From contig NC_057720.1 in assembly GCF_004010195.1 (NCBI RefSeq), positions 15,970,902-16,034,901 on the forward strand: 64,000 nucleotides of DNA, in the 5' to 3' direction. The first letter of the stretch is position 1; each line of letters starts with the position of its first letter. A model generated the notes under the pieces. That model was not told the origin of the DNA. It was given only the letters and a program-made list of their open reading frames with translations, and made no database searches. The position numbers were made by a program, and so were the translations under genes. Origin of the DNA: Chiloscyllium plagiosum (taxonomy: Eukaryota). Of this stretch, positions 26,290 through 38,700 are shown piece by piece.

Positions 26290-26962
26290 TGTTATGAAGT
26301 TGTGGGTATACTGTACCTTTAACAGAGCTGAAATTCCTGGCCAAGACAAAATATTTCAAAATGTAATGGTGCTGTGTTGCCAGGATACAAAAACAAATTC
26401 AAAATTCAGCCAGTCAGTTTAAATGATGCCCCAGGTACAAAAGTCCAGTTGAATTTGACTCTTACCATTTTGGGTAACATCAATCCAATTAAATGATCCG
26501 ATGTTTCAGGATATAAATATCAAACATTATGAAGAGTTAGCCAAAGCGGCAAAGAGCAGCCAGCTCCAACAAGACAGCTTGCAGAAGGATCTGCTCTGGG
26601 AAAAGTACCTTTATCTATCATAGACCTGGGAAGCAGAATCTCCAAGAAGAGGAAAAGAAGACAGGAATACAGAGAAGAACCGAAAGCTGCCTGGTTTTGA
26701 AATAGGAAGTTTTTTCTGTAAATCTTAATTGGGATTTTTTATCGGACCAGTATTGTAGAGGGGGAAGTAAAAGATAGGTTTAAGAGAAATGAGTTGTAAA
26801 TTTGTTGTTAGTTAATATTCCCTGTTAGACTTAAAGAATGAAGTTGTTAATTTTTACTTTAAGTAGAGACTTCTGGGATAGTTCTTTTCCTCTTCAATTT
26901 TAACAGATTACAGCACAGGGTGAATCTTTTGTGTGGCTGGTTTAAATTAGCCATGTCGTAAC
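26290..26962 (+). repeat. 3' LTR
   Basis: TGTTATG...CGTAAC; repeat of 17460-18158. Confidence 0.9.
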
Positions 26963-26979
26963 GCCTCTTTAATGTAAGA

Positions 26980-27495
26980 AAAATAGCAAGTTCTGCAAAT
27001 ACTCAGCAATTGAGGCAGCATTGGAAAGAGAAACGATGTTAGCATTTTGGATCAACAATCTTTCATCAACTTGAAAAAGATAGAGATGCAGCAAGTTTTT
27101 AAAAATATAGAAGTAGGATAAAAGGTAGGGAAAGAAATGCAGCATTTGCCCTTTTATTTCCTTTCTCCTTGCTGACCCAGATGAAACTCTGACTTATTTG
27201 TATGCTTTCAATTTAGTTACAGTTTACTTATTTATCATATTCACTGCTCACAGTGCAGTCTCTCTTAACATTGGAAAACCAGATTGGATGACTACTTCAC
27301 AGCATATTTCCCTTCAGTTCTCAAGTGCCACTGTGAATTTTCAATCATTTGCTATTTTAATTCTCCACTCCATTCCCGGTCTGATCCCTTTGTCTATGGC
27401 ACTCTTCCAATGAAGCTCAAGAAACAGCACCACATCCATTGATTAGGCACTTCAGACCCTTCTGGTACAACATTGAGTTAAACAAATTTCACATT
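26980..27495. mobile_element. Very old PLE remnants (antisense terminus; GIY-YIG C-terminal region on + strand)
   Basis: 27413-27490 resembles the KLEEQHLIFRLGTLQP.G.N end seen antisense at 6090-6170. Confidence 0.45.
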
Positions 27496-27599
27496 CTAAT
27501 CCCCAGTCTTAATTCTTTTGAAACTGAATGCCCTATGCTTTAGAGCAGCTGCCAGTATACTTCTTTCAGATCCTAAGGGTCAGGTCCTTCTGATACTAT

Positions 27600-27960
27600 A
27601 AGTAGAAATGCAGAAAATATGAGCAGGAGTAGACCATTCAGCCCCTGAAGACTGCTCCATCATTCATTAAGGTCATACCTGATAAACTCAGTCCCCTGTT
27701 TCTTCTTTTGATCCCTTTATCTCTATATCCAAGTCTTTCTTGAAAACATTCAATGTTTTACCCTCAACCACTTTTATAGGAGAATTATCCAGAGCCTCAC
27801 CTGGTGAAGAAATTTCTCCTCATCTCAGTCCTAACTGGCCATCCCATATCTTTAGATTGTGAGCCTTGGGTTCTGGATTCCTATTGTCCTTCCTGTATTT
27901 ACCCTGTCTAGTCTTGTTAGAATTTTATAGGTTTCAGTGAGATTCGCCATCATTCTTCCA
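27600..27960 (-). mobile_element. CR1 LINE 3' fragment
   Basis: NLTETYKILTRLDRVN; CR1 tail GAGCAGGAGTAGACCATTCAGCCC. Confidence 0.7.
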
Positions 27961-29850
27961 ATATGATGTGACGATAACTTCCTGTGGTTATTGGCAAGTA
28001 CGTACACCAGGACTTTCAGATAACACTTACAACACATTCAATCAGAATATGTTGACTGCTAAACACCCTGGCAGGAATGATAACATCACAGATATGAATG
28101 CAAATGAATTTGACATTTTAATTGTCTGACAATCACTTGAACACAGTCCTTCATCCTTATAGCTTTCCTGGACTTTATAACCACCCCAGATTTGTCCTCG
28201 ATGTTCATGACACTTGATAGATTGAAGTATTGCCTCATAATTCACTGTATTTTATCTCAAATGGTATGGGTGAAATTCATTTGCATTGCATTTTGCTGTA
28301 CAAACACATTTTTTTGCAGATGTATATAAATGCCCTTATTATGCCATTCTATTTGCCAGAGAGCATTTGTTTGTGAATCATTTCAAAGCAAAGGGCAAAG
28401 ACAGAATTGGTGCAGGAGCCGGATAAGAAAAGCTCAAATGTAGATAGTGTCCTGCTGCAAACATCAGTCTGTGAGTATGGACTTGAATTATTTTTCTTAA
28501 TGTATATCTTTATTATACAAAGTTACTACACATTTATTCTGCGCAGGCACATGCAGACAGTCAACAATGGAATATTATGCACTGTGAATTGTGTGTAAAA
28601 ATAGCAACTGTGAGGGGTAGATATCCAAAACTTGATTTTCAGTGTGCCCCTGTCCTTTCTTATGTTGTTCACAAAGTGCCTCAGGATTGATACAATGCGA
28701 TACTAGGCCATTTCCTCTCTGGCAGCCCTCTAGAACTTGAGCATGCCAATGTAAAAATGCAGAGGAAATCAATGCAAACAATTTCATTAATATTTATTCT
28801 GCAGTGTCAATCTGACTAACATAAACAGTACCTCGAGGCATCATAAACCACAAATCGTTGACACCCATACCAATGCACTGTTAAATATGGGAATTGTGCC
28901 CTATGTGTGTTAAGTATTAGTTTTCAACTTACATTAACCTTTACTGAGTAAATGTAATAATGTTTATATCATCATCTTAATTAGGTCAAATTACTGTAAC
29001 CTTCAGATCACAGGAAAAGGCAGCATTGGTTTTGCATGTGTTACATTTCTGTAGCCCTGCTTTTTGATTCACAATAATTTACTCTAATATATTTGCCAGC
29101 TCCCCTGCTGTAGAATAATTTCAATATTTTGCGCTGAAGGAGGTTTGGTCCATCATTCAGCTGCTCCCGGAACCTTTTTTGTTACACTGAATTAATGATT
29201 TCTAGATTAAGGATAACCGGTGGGAAGTCAGCCCATTATCCCTCGTGCATGTGTATATAGTCTGGTAAATATAAAGCACTGTTTATTTGTAGTGACAGGG
29301 GGTGGAAGGGAGAGGGTGAATTGCCTCTTAATCCCCTCCAATGGCCATTCAGCGTAGCAACCTCATTCACATGAGTAAATGGGTTTCCATTAGATTTACA
29401 GTAGTAAAACTAGAGTGAGATACACATGGAAGGTTCAGTATAAATGATAGACACATAAAGAGAAACATTCCAGCTAATTTCCAGTCTTGGTGGTTTTTGG
29501 TATCAGAATGGAGGAATTGGTAACATTGAGAGAGATCCACCTCATTCGATTGCTATCATATATGGACCAAGTAGGATGTCCAAACCAGCCATCTAGGCAA
29601 GCCTGAATTGCAGTCATACATAAAATGCAAGAGATCCATTTAAATTTTTAATTGCATTTAAATTAACCATTCTTCACTCTTCACTTGGAATAGAATGTGA
29701 GCTCCTTTCAGTCATCTGGACTCAGCCTAGGAAACATTTCAGATTTTTAACCCAATGTTTTCCCAAAAAACATGCGGTGAGGTTTAAGGAGGAAATTTCA
29801 CAGTTAAAGACCAGGTACGTAAAGGGATGGATCCTAGAGGCATTAAGTTA

Positions 29851-29984
29851 AGCCCTTCCTGAAGAAGGGCTTATGCCCAAAACGTCGATTCTCCTGTTCC
29901 TTTGATGCTGCCTGACCTGCTGCGCTTTTCCAGCAACACATTTTTAAGCTCTGATCTCCAGCATCTGCAGTCCTCACTTTCTCC
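29851..29984 (+). mobile_element. Short PLE-end/hammerhead insertion
   Basis: Perfect 11-bp TSD GCATTAAGTTA (29840-29850, 29985-29995); CTGAAGA core, GAAA mutated to AAAA. Confidence 0.9.
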
Positions 29985-30269
29985 GCATTAAGTTATGGTG
30001 CCAATCTGTTGTATGTGAAAGATCCCTGGTCATATTCACAAAAAGAAAGGTGATCTCTTTCCAATGTATGTGAAGCCTGTAGTTTAGTTAACCCCCAGCC
30101 AACGAAAATGATCCCATCATTATCTCGTTGCTGTTGATGCAACCTTACCGAGCTCACATTACCATGTTTCCTTCAATTAAATCCAGTGACAATACTGACA
30201 GATAAAGATAACAACGAGAGAGAAATTGGAGTTTGAGAAAGGTTATAAAAATGATAAAAGGATAAAATG

Positions 30270-31650
30270 GAAGGCATTGTATTAGAATGCAAGTATCGTG
30301 AGAAGAAGCAATCTCAAGGAGGAATTCACTGCATGTTGGTGAGACAATTTCTTAGATCAGTACGTCATGCCACCAACCAGGCAACAGACCGTAATAGGCC
30401 TGGTTTTGACTAATGATCGCACAGTGAAAGTGTCCCTGGATAGCAATAACCATAATATAATAAATTTTACAAACAATTTAAGGGAGGGAAGTGTGGTTCC
30501 AAGACTACTGTTTTGAATTTAAACAAGAACAATTGTAAGGGCATAAAAGCAGAGCTAGCGAATGTGAACTGGCAATTTCGGATAAAGGATAGAAACGCAG
30601 TGACAAGCATTTAAGGGAACATTCCAGAAAACACACATTAGATCCAGTCCAACAAATAAGAAAAATTCTAAGAGGTGGCTCTGCCATCTGTATTTAACTA
30701 AGAAAATCAAAGATAATAGTAATCTCAATGAAAACAAAACATTTAATTGTGTAAATATAGGTGACAAGTCAGAACTGGACAGAATACAAAAAGCTGTAAA
30801 GAGTTACTGAAAGGTTAATAGGGATGGAAAAATTAGAGTACAAGAGAAAGTTAGCCGAATATAGATAGGAACGTTTCTGCAGATATGTAAGAAAAGAAAA
30901 TTAACAAAGCACGTGTTCCTAAGTACACCTACAGAAATGAGTCTGAGAAATTAGTAGTTGAGGATAAAGAGATGGCAGATGAGTTAAGCGGATATTTGAC
31001 ATCAGTCTTCTCTAGAGAGGGTGCACATAACATCGTGGAAATAGCTGCAAATAAGGCATTGTAAAGAAGGGAGGGATGTAAAAAAATTCCAATTACCAGG
31101 GAAGTGGTACTAAGTCCCTGAGTCCTGATGCAATTCATTCTAAGGTCTTCAAGTAATAGCTGCTAAGTTTGTTGATACTTTGGTTTTAATTTATCAAATT
31201 TCAAAACATTTGGGGAAGGCTCTTTAGATTGGAAAATAGTTAATGTAACTCTTTCATTCAAAAAGGGAGAGTGGCCAAAAGCAGGGAATTATAGGCCAGT
31301 TAGCTTAATATTTGTCATAAGGAAAATGTTAGCAGCTATTATTAAAGATATATAACAGGGCACTTGGATAATTTCAAGGTAATTAAGCGAGTCAACAAAG
31401 GGAAATCATGTTTAATTAATTTATTGGAGTTCTTTGAAGAAGTAATTTGTGCTGTGGATAAAGGGGGACCAGTTGATGTATTATACTTAGATTTCCAGAA
31501 GACATTTGATAAAGCACACTTCAAAGTTTACTGTGAAAAATAAAAGATCATGGTGTAGGGGGTAACTTATTGTCTGGGTCAAAGATTGACGGGCTAACAG
31601 GCAGCAAGAATAAATGGGTCTTATTCAGGATGGCAGGATATTATTGAATG
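30270..31650 (+). mobile_element. Old CR1 LINE endonuclease-RT relic
   Basis: GNYRPVSL, KGKSCLINLLEFFEEV, VLYLDFQKTFDK at about 31280-31515. Confidence 0.8.
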
Positions 31651-32048
31651 GTGAAGCAGACTCATTCCTTTCCCTTATTCACATTACTACCAATCCCATG
31701 TGCTATATCTGATGGAGACTTCACCAAAACATTCTAAAAATCCAAATACACCACAACCACTCGCACTCCCTCATCTATCCTATTTCTACTTTGCAATCCA
31801 AACTGCAAAAATAATGTTAATGTACAGAAATTACACACTCTTCATCACAACAGACTCTAACATGCAACTGCTAATGTTACTGTTACTTCACTAAAGAAAC
31901 ATAAGAGTAAGAGTGGGCCATTCAGCCCTTCAAGCCTGTTTCAGCAGTCAATGTGATCATGACTGATCTGTGACCTAACTCCATATACCTGTCTTTGACT
32001 CATATTCCTTAAAACCTTTCCACAGAAATGTTTCTATCGTGGATTTAA

Positions 32049-32162
32049 GGTTTGTGTGAAGGCTTCACAGGAGGCTCCAAAGCACTGAACTTGTCACCAA
32101 ACACGGGATGAAATGTCTGCAAATCAACTTCCCAGCTCAGCGAATATACCCACAACCACGAC
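32049..32162 (+). mobile_element. Short insertion, probable fourth PLE-end family with a degenerate hammerhead-like motif
   Basis: TSD ATCGT(G/A)GATTTAA at 32036-32048 and 32163-32175; CTGAACT-TGTCACC...GGGAT-GAAATGTC. Confidence 0.55.
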
Positions 32163-32290
32163 ATCGTAGATTTAAAATTAACAACTAAAAGTAACAACTG
32201 CCATTTGTAAAAGTGAGTTGAAAACCTCTTTCACCATTTGTGTGTAACGTTCTTCCTATCATCTCTTCTGAATGGTCTAGCTCTATTTTT

Positions 32291-32383
32291 CCTGATGAAG
32301 GGCTTTTGCCCGAAACGTCGATTTTGCCTGTCCTCGGATGCTGCCTGAATTGCTGTGCTCTTCCAGCACCACTAATCCAGACC
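32291..32383 (+). mobile_element. Short PLE-end insertion
   Basis: TSD CTAGCTCTA(T/A)TTTT at 32277-32290 and 32384-32397. Confidence 0.9.
32292..32322 (+). ncRNA. Minimal type I hammerhead ribozyme motif, intact core
   Basis: CUGAUGA-A-GGGC-UUUU-GCCC-GAAA-CGUC; predicted cleavage after 32319. Confidence 0.8.
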
Positions 32384-34569
32384 CTAGCTCTAATTTTAGA
32401 CCGTGTCTCCTCGTTCTAAAACCCTCAATCAGTGGATATAGTTTATCTACCAATATTTTCCTGTTAATATCTTGAAGACTTCAATCAGATCACCCATTAA
32501 CTTTCTAAATTCTAGAAAAAATTGGCTTAATTTGTGCAAACTCTCCTCATAAGTTAATCCCTGAAGTTCAAAAGTCATTGTTGTAAAGCTCCACTGTATT
32601 CCCTCCAAAGTCAATGTATTTTTTCTAAGGTGTGGTGCCTAGATCTGCTCACAGTACTCCAAGAGGGATCTAGTTAGAGTTTTGTATAACGGCAGCAAAA
32701 CCTCTAAATCATTGAACCCCACCGCTCCAGATATAAAGGCCAGTATTCCATTAGTTTTCTTCATTATTTTCAACAGCTGTCCATGACATTTCAAAGATCT
32801 ACGTAACTAAAACTTCCATGCCTGTTGTGTATTACAATGTGGATTCTTAAGGCGCCTCATGTGCAACTCCCATCTATATTGGAATTTTGACTGTCAGGTC
32901 ATCAGAAAATCCAGCCCAATATCTAGCCTTGTTTAATGAAAGTTTTCCAGTAACTAGAGGATTGGTTATAGCATTAGCAAGAAACAGAGTCATTACTATC
33001 TCATTATACTATAACCGTGCTGGGACATTTAGAAAATGATAATATGAGCAACATGAAATTGTGTTGTCAAGGTTATTCAAATTCTTTGAGGACATAGTGA
33101 CCAGATTGGAAAAAGGTGCACCAGTAATTGTTGTGTACTGTACTTGGAATTCCAAAAGCCTTCGATAGGAGGCTGCAAGAAAAGGTAACTGCACAAGGTA
33201 AGAGCTCACAGTGATGGTGTATTATGTTAGCTGATTTGCTGATGATGTTATGGCTGCCAGGAAAAAGCATGCCATGAAGAAGATGGCCAATACATCATAC
33301 CATCACATCCTCTCACATATCAGAGAAAAGAGCTGGAGAAACTCAACAGGTCGGACAGCGTGTGTATGGAGAGAAACAAAGAAACTTAACATTTCAAGTA
33401 CCCAGTATTCTCAGAACTGCTTTTATGGAAATATTGATTTGGATATAAAGATTGAGACATGATTTAGATAATTAAAAAGTGATTAAGTCCCATTACTTCA
33501 GCTTTCAATCTTTAATACCTTTAATGAACTATAAACTTTAACAATGCTGTGTACACGAATTCAGATTACCTAACGTTGATAAAAGTGCCTGTGCTTCAAA
33601 TGGCCTGATTAGATTCATCTAAGAGTACCATTGCATTAATTTAGCCAGCATTGGAGTGCTCAAGAAAAGATATACCTGCTAACTAAGAATTATTCTCCAT
33701 TAACTAACGTTATGCACAAATAGAACTGACTGCAGACAATTACTCACAGTGCTTTTTATTTCCTTTCCAGCTAACATGTTATCTCATGTCAAATGCAACC
33801 GTTGCTGCTCGCGACTAAATTAAATCTGAAGTAGATCTTCTTGGCAGAGAACTTTTAATAGACAGCATCAAGGTGAGGTTGATGGTAGCACATAACAGTA
33901 CAGAAACTCAAGCAGGCCATTATGGTTGTCATAACCTGAGAGAAGAGTACAGAGCCTGTGGAGGCAACAATGGTGGTTTGTGCAATGATACAGATAATTG
34001 CCCAGGCTCACTATGGCAACCAATTTCATTTTCATCACATCGAAAGCAGTCCTGTCTTGAAGCATATTCTATAATTGAAAGATTACTGTACAGAAAGACA
34101 GCCAATGCTAATATATATAGAATGTCATAAGGAAAAAGCTGGGCATACCTTACTCGGACCAGCATGTTATATCACTCAGTTGAAGCTGGCATCAAATCAG
34201 GCAGCTAACCTGCTAAGGGCACGAGAGGGTTCACTTGGCAACAAAGGCCAAGTTTTTGAGGCTGGTGAGGAATGGGAGGAGTGGTGGTTAAAGAAGGAAA
34301 GATATTAGTTTGGCACAAGTGCATCAGAATGTCTTTTCATCAATGAAATCAAGAACTTTTCAAGAGTATAAAATATTGAGTATATCACCTGGTTCATTAC
34401 ACTTACAGATATATGTGAAATATGACTATGGCTGTCAATTCGACCAAAACAGTCAGAAAATTTCAGGATCAGTTGCAGGCATACAGGCTACAAACAAAAT
34501 TTGGATCCTCTCTCTAGCTTGTGATGTTAAAACATTGACATCTAACACGTGTCAAAAATAATCTTTATC

Positions 34570-34870
34570 AGCTTAGATTCACCAAAGCTCTGTTGACCTT
34601 CTGATCCCCAAACACCATTATCCAGAAGAACAAAGACAACTGATACATTACTTGTTGGGTTCCCACAAAGACTCTCACCATCCTGACTTGGAAATATTTC
34701 TCCATTCCTTTATGTGAAAATTCTGGAAATCTTGGCTGAATAGCATTATGGGTACAGCTACAGGAAATAGGCTGCAGTGGTTCAAGAAGGCAGCTCACAA
34801 TTACCTTCCCAGGGGCAATTGGAGATGGGCAATAAATGCTGGCTCAGCTAATGACACCCTACTCCAACAA
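34570..34870 (+). mobile_element. CR1/L2-group LINE 3' fragment
   Basis: CCATCCTGACTTGGAAATAT...GGTTCAAGAAGGCAGCTCAC...GGGCAATAAATGCTGGC tail. Confidence 0.6.
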
Positions 34871-35369
34871 TAATTTAAAAAATAAATATATAATAATGTC
34901 ATGCGTACTTTAATACTAGATAACATTGTAACGCGCTCGACATATGGAAATCTGTGGCTGCAGTTGATTTAAACAAAAAAAAATTTGTCATTGCACAGAT
35001 CCTATTTAAATTCTCAGGTCTTCTCAAATACTTCAAATGCATCACCTTATCGTTGGGTTGGGGGGTAGTGGGCGAGGGTTGGGAGGAGTCTTGCTCTTCT
35101 TCAGTTATTCTCAGAACATTTAACATCCATTTGCTCAGACAGCCAGGAGCTCAGTTTAATATTTCTTTGAAGAATAGCATTTTTTGACAATGCAGCATTC
35201 TCTTAACCATGCTCACCTCCAGCCTCTAGTCATCTGAATTCGACATTGTGACTTGAACTCACAAATTGCAGCAACAGTTTGTATACAGTAACACAGGAAC
35301 AAGCATGCAACTCTGAATCACCAACACCGGCTTGCCAAAATCCAACACTTGGGAAGGAGAGATTTAAGT

Positions 35370-35960
35370 CTCCTCCTCCTGACATTCAATAGAATTAATG
35401 CTGAATGCACCACTATCAATATGCATAGGGGTCACCAGGAACATAACTGAATTAGTCGTATAAGTGCTGGAGCTACAAGGGCAGGTTAGAGGCTGAAATT
35501 TCAGCAGCAAGTAATTCATCTCCTGACTTCCCCATAATCTGTCCACAAGTCACAAGTCAGGAATGTGATGGAATACTCCCCACTGGCTTAGAGTGCCAGC
35601 TCCAAAAATATTCCGAAAGCTTGACACCATCCAGGACAAAGCAGTTCTATGAACTAGGTCCCCATCCACCACCTTAAACATTAACTCTGTCCGCCACTGA
35701 CATTTAATAATAGCAGCGTGGACCATCTACAAAACTGACCTCACTGACTATCCAAGTCTTCTGTGGCAACACCTTTGAAATCCATCTAGAGGAACAGGGA
35801 ACTATGACACTGTACTTTCATCATTGGTGGGTCAAAATGCTGGAATTCTCTTCCTGTCAGCACCGTTCCATCAGGCGACTCACCACCATCTTATCAAGGG
35901 CAATTAGAGATGGTCAATAAATGCTGGCCTCGACAGCAATGCCCATACGCCATGAGTTGA
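35370..35960 (+). mobile_element. CR1/L2-group LINE 3' fragment
   Basis: VRNVMEYSP...KLDTIQDKA; same tail as 34570-34870. Confidence 0.65.
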
Positions 35961-36819
35961 AAAGAACCAACTGACTCACAGATTACAGTCAAGCATGCAG
36001 ATCCCATTGTTCAATCCAGGCAGGATGATCTGGCTCAGCAACGTGCAGCTACAGGAAGTCAACAGTGTTCAAGTGGGCCCTCAGAAGTCTCAACTAAGGC
36101 AGCAGAAGATGGTTGTAGTGTGGCAGCATATGTGGTTGACTCTCAAATGCTCTCTGAAATGGCCTAGCAAGTCATTCAGTTCAAGGGCAATTTGGAGTTA
36201 ATTGTTGGCTTATCCCATGTATCCCAATAAAGAATAAAAAAAATTAAATGAGGGATATATAAGCTTCTTAACCCATAGATCTGTGGTGTACAGTTATGTA
36301 TCTTCATGTATTTTTAAACAGGTTAGGATGATTTGAGCAGGTAGGTTATTTATTAGGAGGAACGTGGATGTTGTGGTGCACATTTAAATAGCTGTGGTTA
36401 TGTTTCTCTGCTGATCACTAGAGAGGAAACAATGCAATGTCCCATATAATTCAGACTTCTAGTTTGTTCTGAGGAAGCTAAAAGATCAGACATGTTCTCC
36501 AACTTCATAATACTGCTACCACCCTATCAAATACTTAATTAGTGAAACCATATATTTAGTGTGAGCAATTCATGGTTGATGCCTTGATGTTCATCCAGTA
36601 AATAAGTACAAGGAGAAGAAAAATACAACAAAGGTGGAGAAAAAAATGAAAGATCACTGTATCGTGAAGCATGAGTTTAGTTTGGCAATGTACCTCCATG
36701 GGCTTACTTTCCATCAAAATGTTTGCAACGAGTACTTACTTTATTTAGGGTGAAAACATTGGCTGATATGACTGGTTTCAAATGAATAGAATGTATGTCC
36801 AAAAGCTGCCACGTTATTT

Positions 36820-37350
36820 TGAAAGTGCAAATCTCAGAGTAAGTGGGCACCCATTTCAGACAGAGATGAGGAGGAATTTCTTTTCTTGGGAGTAGTGAGT
36901 CTTGAGAATTCTTTAGTTCAGAGGATTGTTGGCTCATTAAATGCATTCAGTGCTGAGGTCGACAGATTTCTAATCAGTAAGAGGATTAAGGATTATGAGG
37001 AAAAGGCAGGAAAGTGAAATGGAGAATTAATTTGAACTCATTGAATAGTATGGATTAGAGTTGCGCTGGAAAAGCACAGCAGGTCAGGTAGCATCCGAGG
37101 AGCAGGAGAATCGACGTTTCGGGCAAAAGCCCTTCATCAGGATTCCTGATGAAGGGCTCTTGCCCGAAATGTGGATTTTCCTGTTCCTCGGATGCTACCT
37201 GACCTGCTGTGCTTTTCCAGCGCAACTCTAATCATGACTCTGATCTCCAGCATCTGCAGTACCCACTTCCGCCTCATTGAATAGTATAGCAGATTCAATG
37301 GACAGAATGGCCTGCTTTGTTTCTAGATCCTATGGTCTTATTATGGTCTA
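36820..37350 (+). mobile_element. CR1 3' fragment hosting a palindromic insertion
   Basis: GAGATGAGGAGGAATTTCTT...; tail GAATGGCCTGCT...CCTATGGTC. Confidence 0.7.
37052..37272. mobile_element. Head-to-head inverted PLE-end/hammerhead dimer
   Basis: 90-bp arms 37053-37142 and 37144-37233; perfect 15-bp TSD CTCATTGAATAGTAT (37037-37051, 37273-37287). Confidence 0.92.
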
Positions 37351-38399
37351 AGAGCAGTGGAGCTTTCCATGATTTTCTGGCTGCATTTATCCGTCAAGCA
37401 GCCAGTCATTATCTCTTCTGTATTTGCCACATCACAAAAGTTACGGCACTTCATTAGCTCCAAAACCAAAACCCTTCAGGATATCCTGAGGTTGTGGGTA
37501 GATGCTATTAAAATGTTACTCGTCAGTTCATTTTCCAACACGTTCCTCTGCTAAATCAGTAAATTACAATCTAGATTGTTTTGTACAAGAGCAACGCCAA
37601 GCATAACAGAAAGTTCCAGGGTATTTTAGTTAAGTGTGAATGTCAAATTCTGCATTCTGTCCTTCTGTTTGCAGCAAAGAATGTGTGGAAGCGTTGGAGG
37701 ATGAAAATCGTTGATCAGCACCTTCTGAGACAAAGGCTAGTGTGTATTGTGGGGGAGCCTTAGGGTCCCCTGTATTTTTCACCTGCCTTGTGGAAGCTTT
37801 TACTTGATCTCATTCTGGAAGGCACCTTGAAAGCAGACCATCCATCGGTAAGTAAGCAGAACCCTGCTTCGAATACAAAAGGCAGTGAGTGGGAGTATAA
37901 CTCAGCGTTGTTAACTTAATTCCAGGTTCCAGGTCATAACTTCCACTCCAACACAAAGACAGACTCACATTTGTTTGACACTACAAAATTATCTAGCGAT
38001 GACATTACCAAATTACCATTTGTGTATGTTTTGCTGTCTAATCAAAGTCAGGATCTTCCACAGAGTAACAATCATTGTCAGATTGCAACTCTGCTCCCTG
38101 TGGACTTCACCTTAGCCCACCCCGATGCTGCCCCACATTTCCCTCTGGGTCTACTTACCCAGCCTTTTCCAAAATATGGATCGCAGCTACGTGGCAAGAG
38201 CTCCATCTGCCTGGCCATGGTGATTGGACAGATGGGTGAATGAATAGGATAGGGAGATGGGCAAGGTGACTGGGTAAGGTAGTAGGGTGGTAGATATGTA
38301 GAGTGGGGAAGGTAATAGGTTGGTGGCGCTGAGGACAGAAAGTGGGTAGGATTGCAGGTGGGTGAGTAGATAGATGGGGCTATTCGGGTGGGGGGTTTA

Positions 38400-38700
38400 T
38401 TAATTCATTCATGGGATGAGGACATTGTTGCCTGGGCAAACATTTATTGCCCATCCCTAATTGTTCAGTGTCAACCACATTGCTGTGGGTCTGAAGTCAC
38501 AGGTAGGCCAGATCATGGGAGGATAGCAGATTTCTTTCCCGAAAGTGAACCAAATGTTTTTTTTCCTGATTCATAGTCATCATTACATTATTAATTGTAC
38601 TGAATTCAAATTCCACCATCTGCCATGGCAGGATTTGAATCTGACCCCAGGTTATTAAATGGGTCTCTGGTTTAATAGTCCAGCGATAATACTACCAAGC
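38400..38700 (-). mobile_element. tRNA-derived SINE
   Basis: Revcomp head TGGTAGTATTATCGCTGGACTATTAAACCAGAGACC...TTCAAATCCTGCCATGGCAG; LINE-like tail GGGATGGGCAATAAATG. Confidence 0.7.

Larger units (their letters stand above)
17460..26962 (+). mobile_element. Near full-length decayed Gmr1-like Ty3/Gypsy LTR retrotransposon (gag-PR-IN-RT-RH)
   Basis: Paired LTRs, PBS, PPT, probable CGCC TSD; PR DTG 19673, IN HHCC and core 20370-21000, RT YLDD 22065-22076, RNase H 24700-26120; two CR1 insertions. Confidence 0.92.
31895..32820 (-). mobile_element. CR1 LINE 3' fragment hosting two short insertions
   Basis: CR1 tail at 31895-31960; revcomp LEYCEQIW-like motif at about 32640-32665. Confidence 0.75.
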
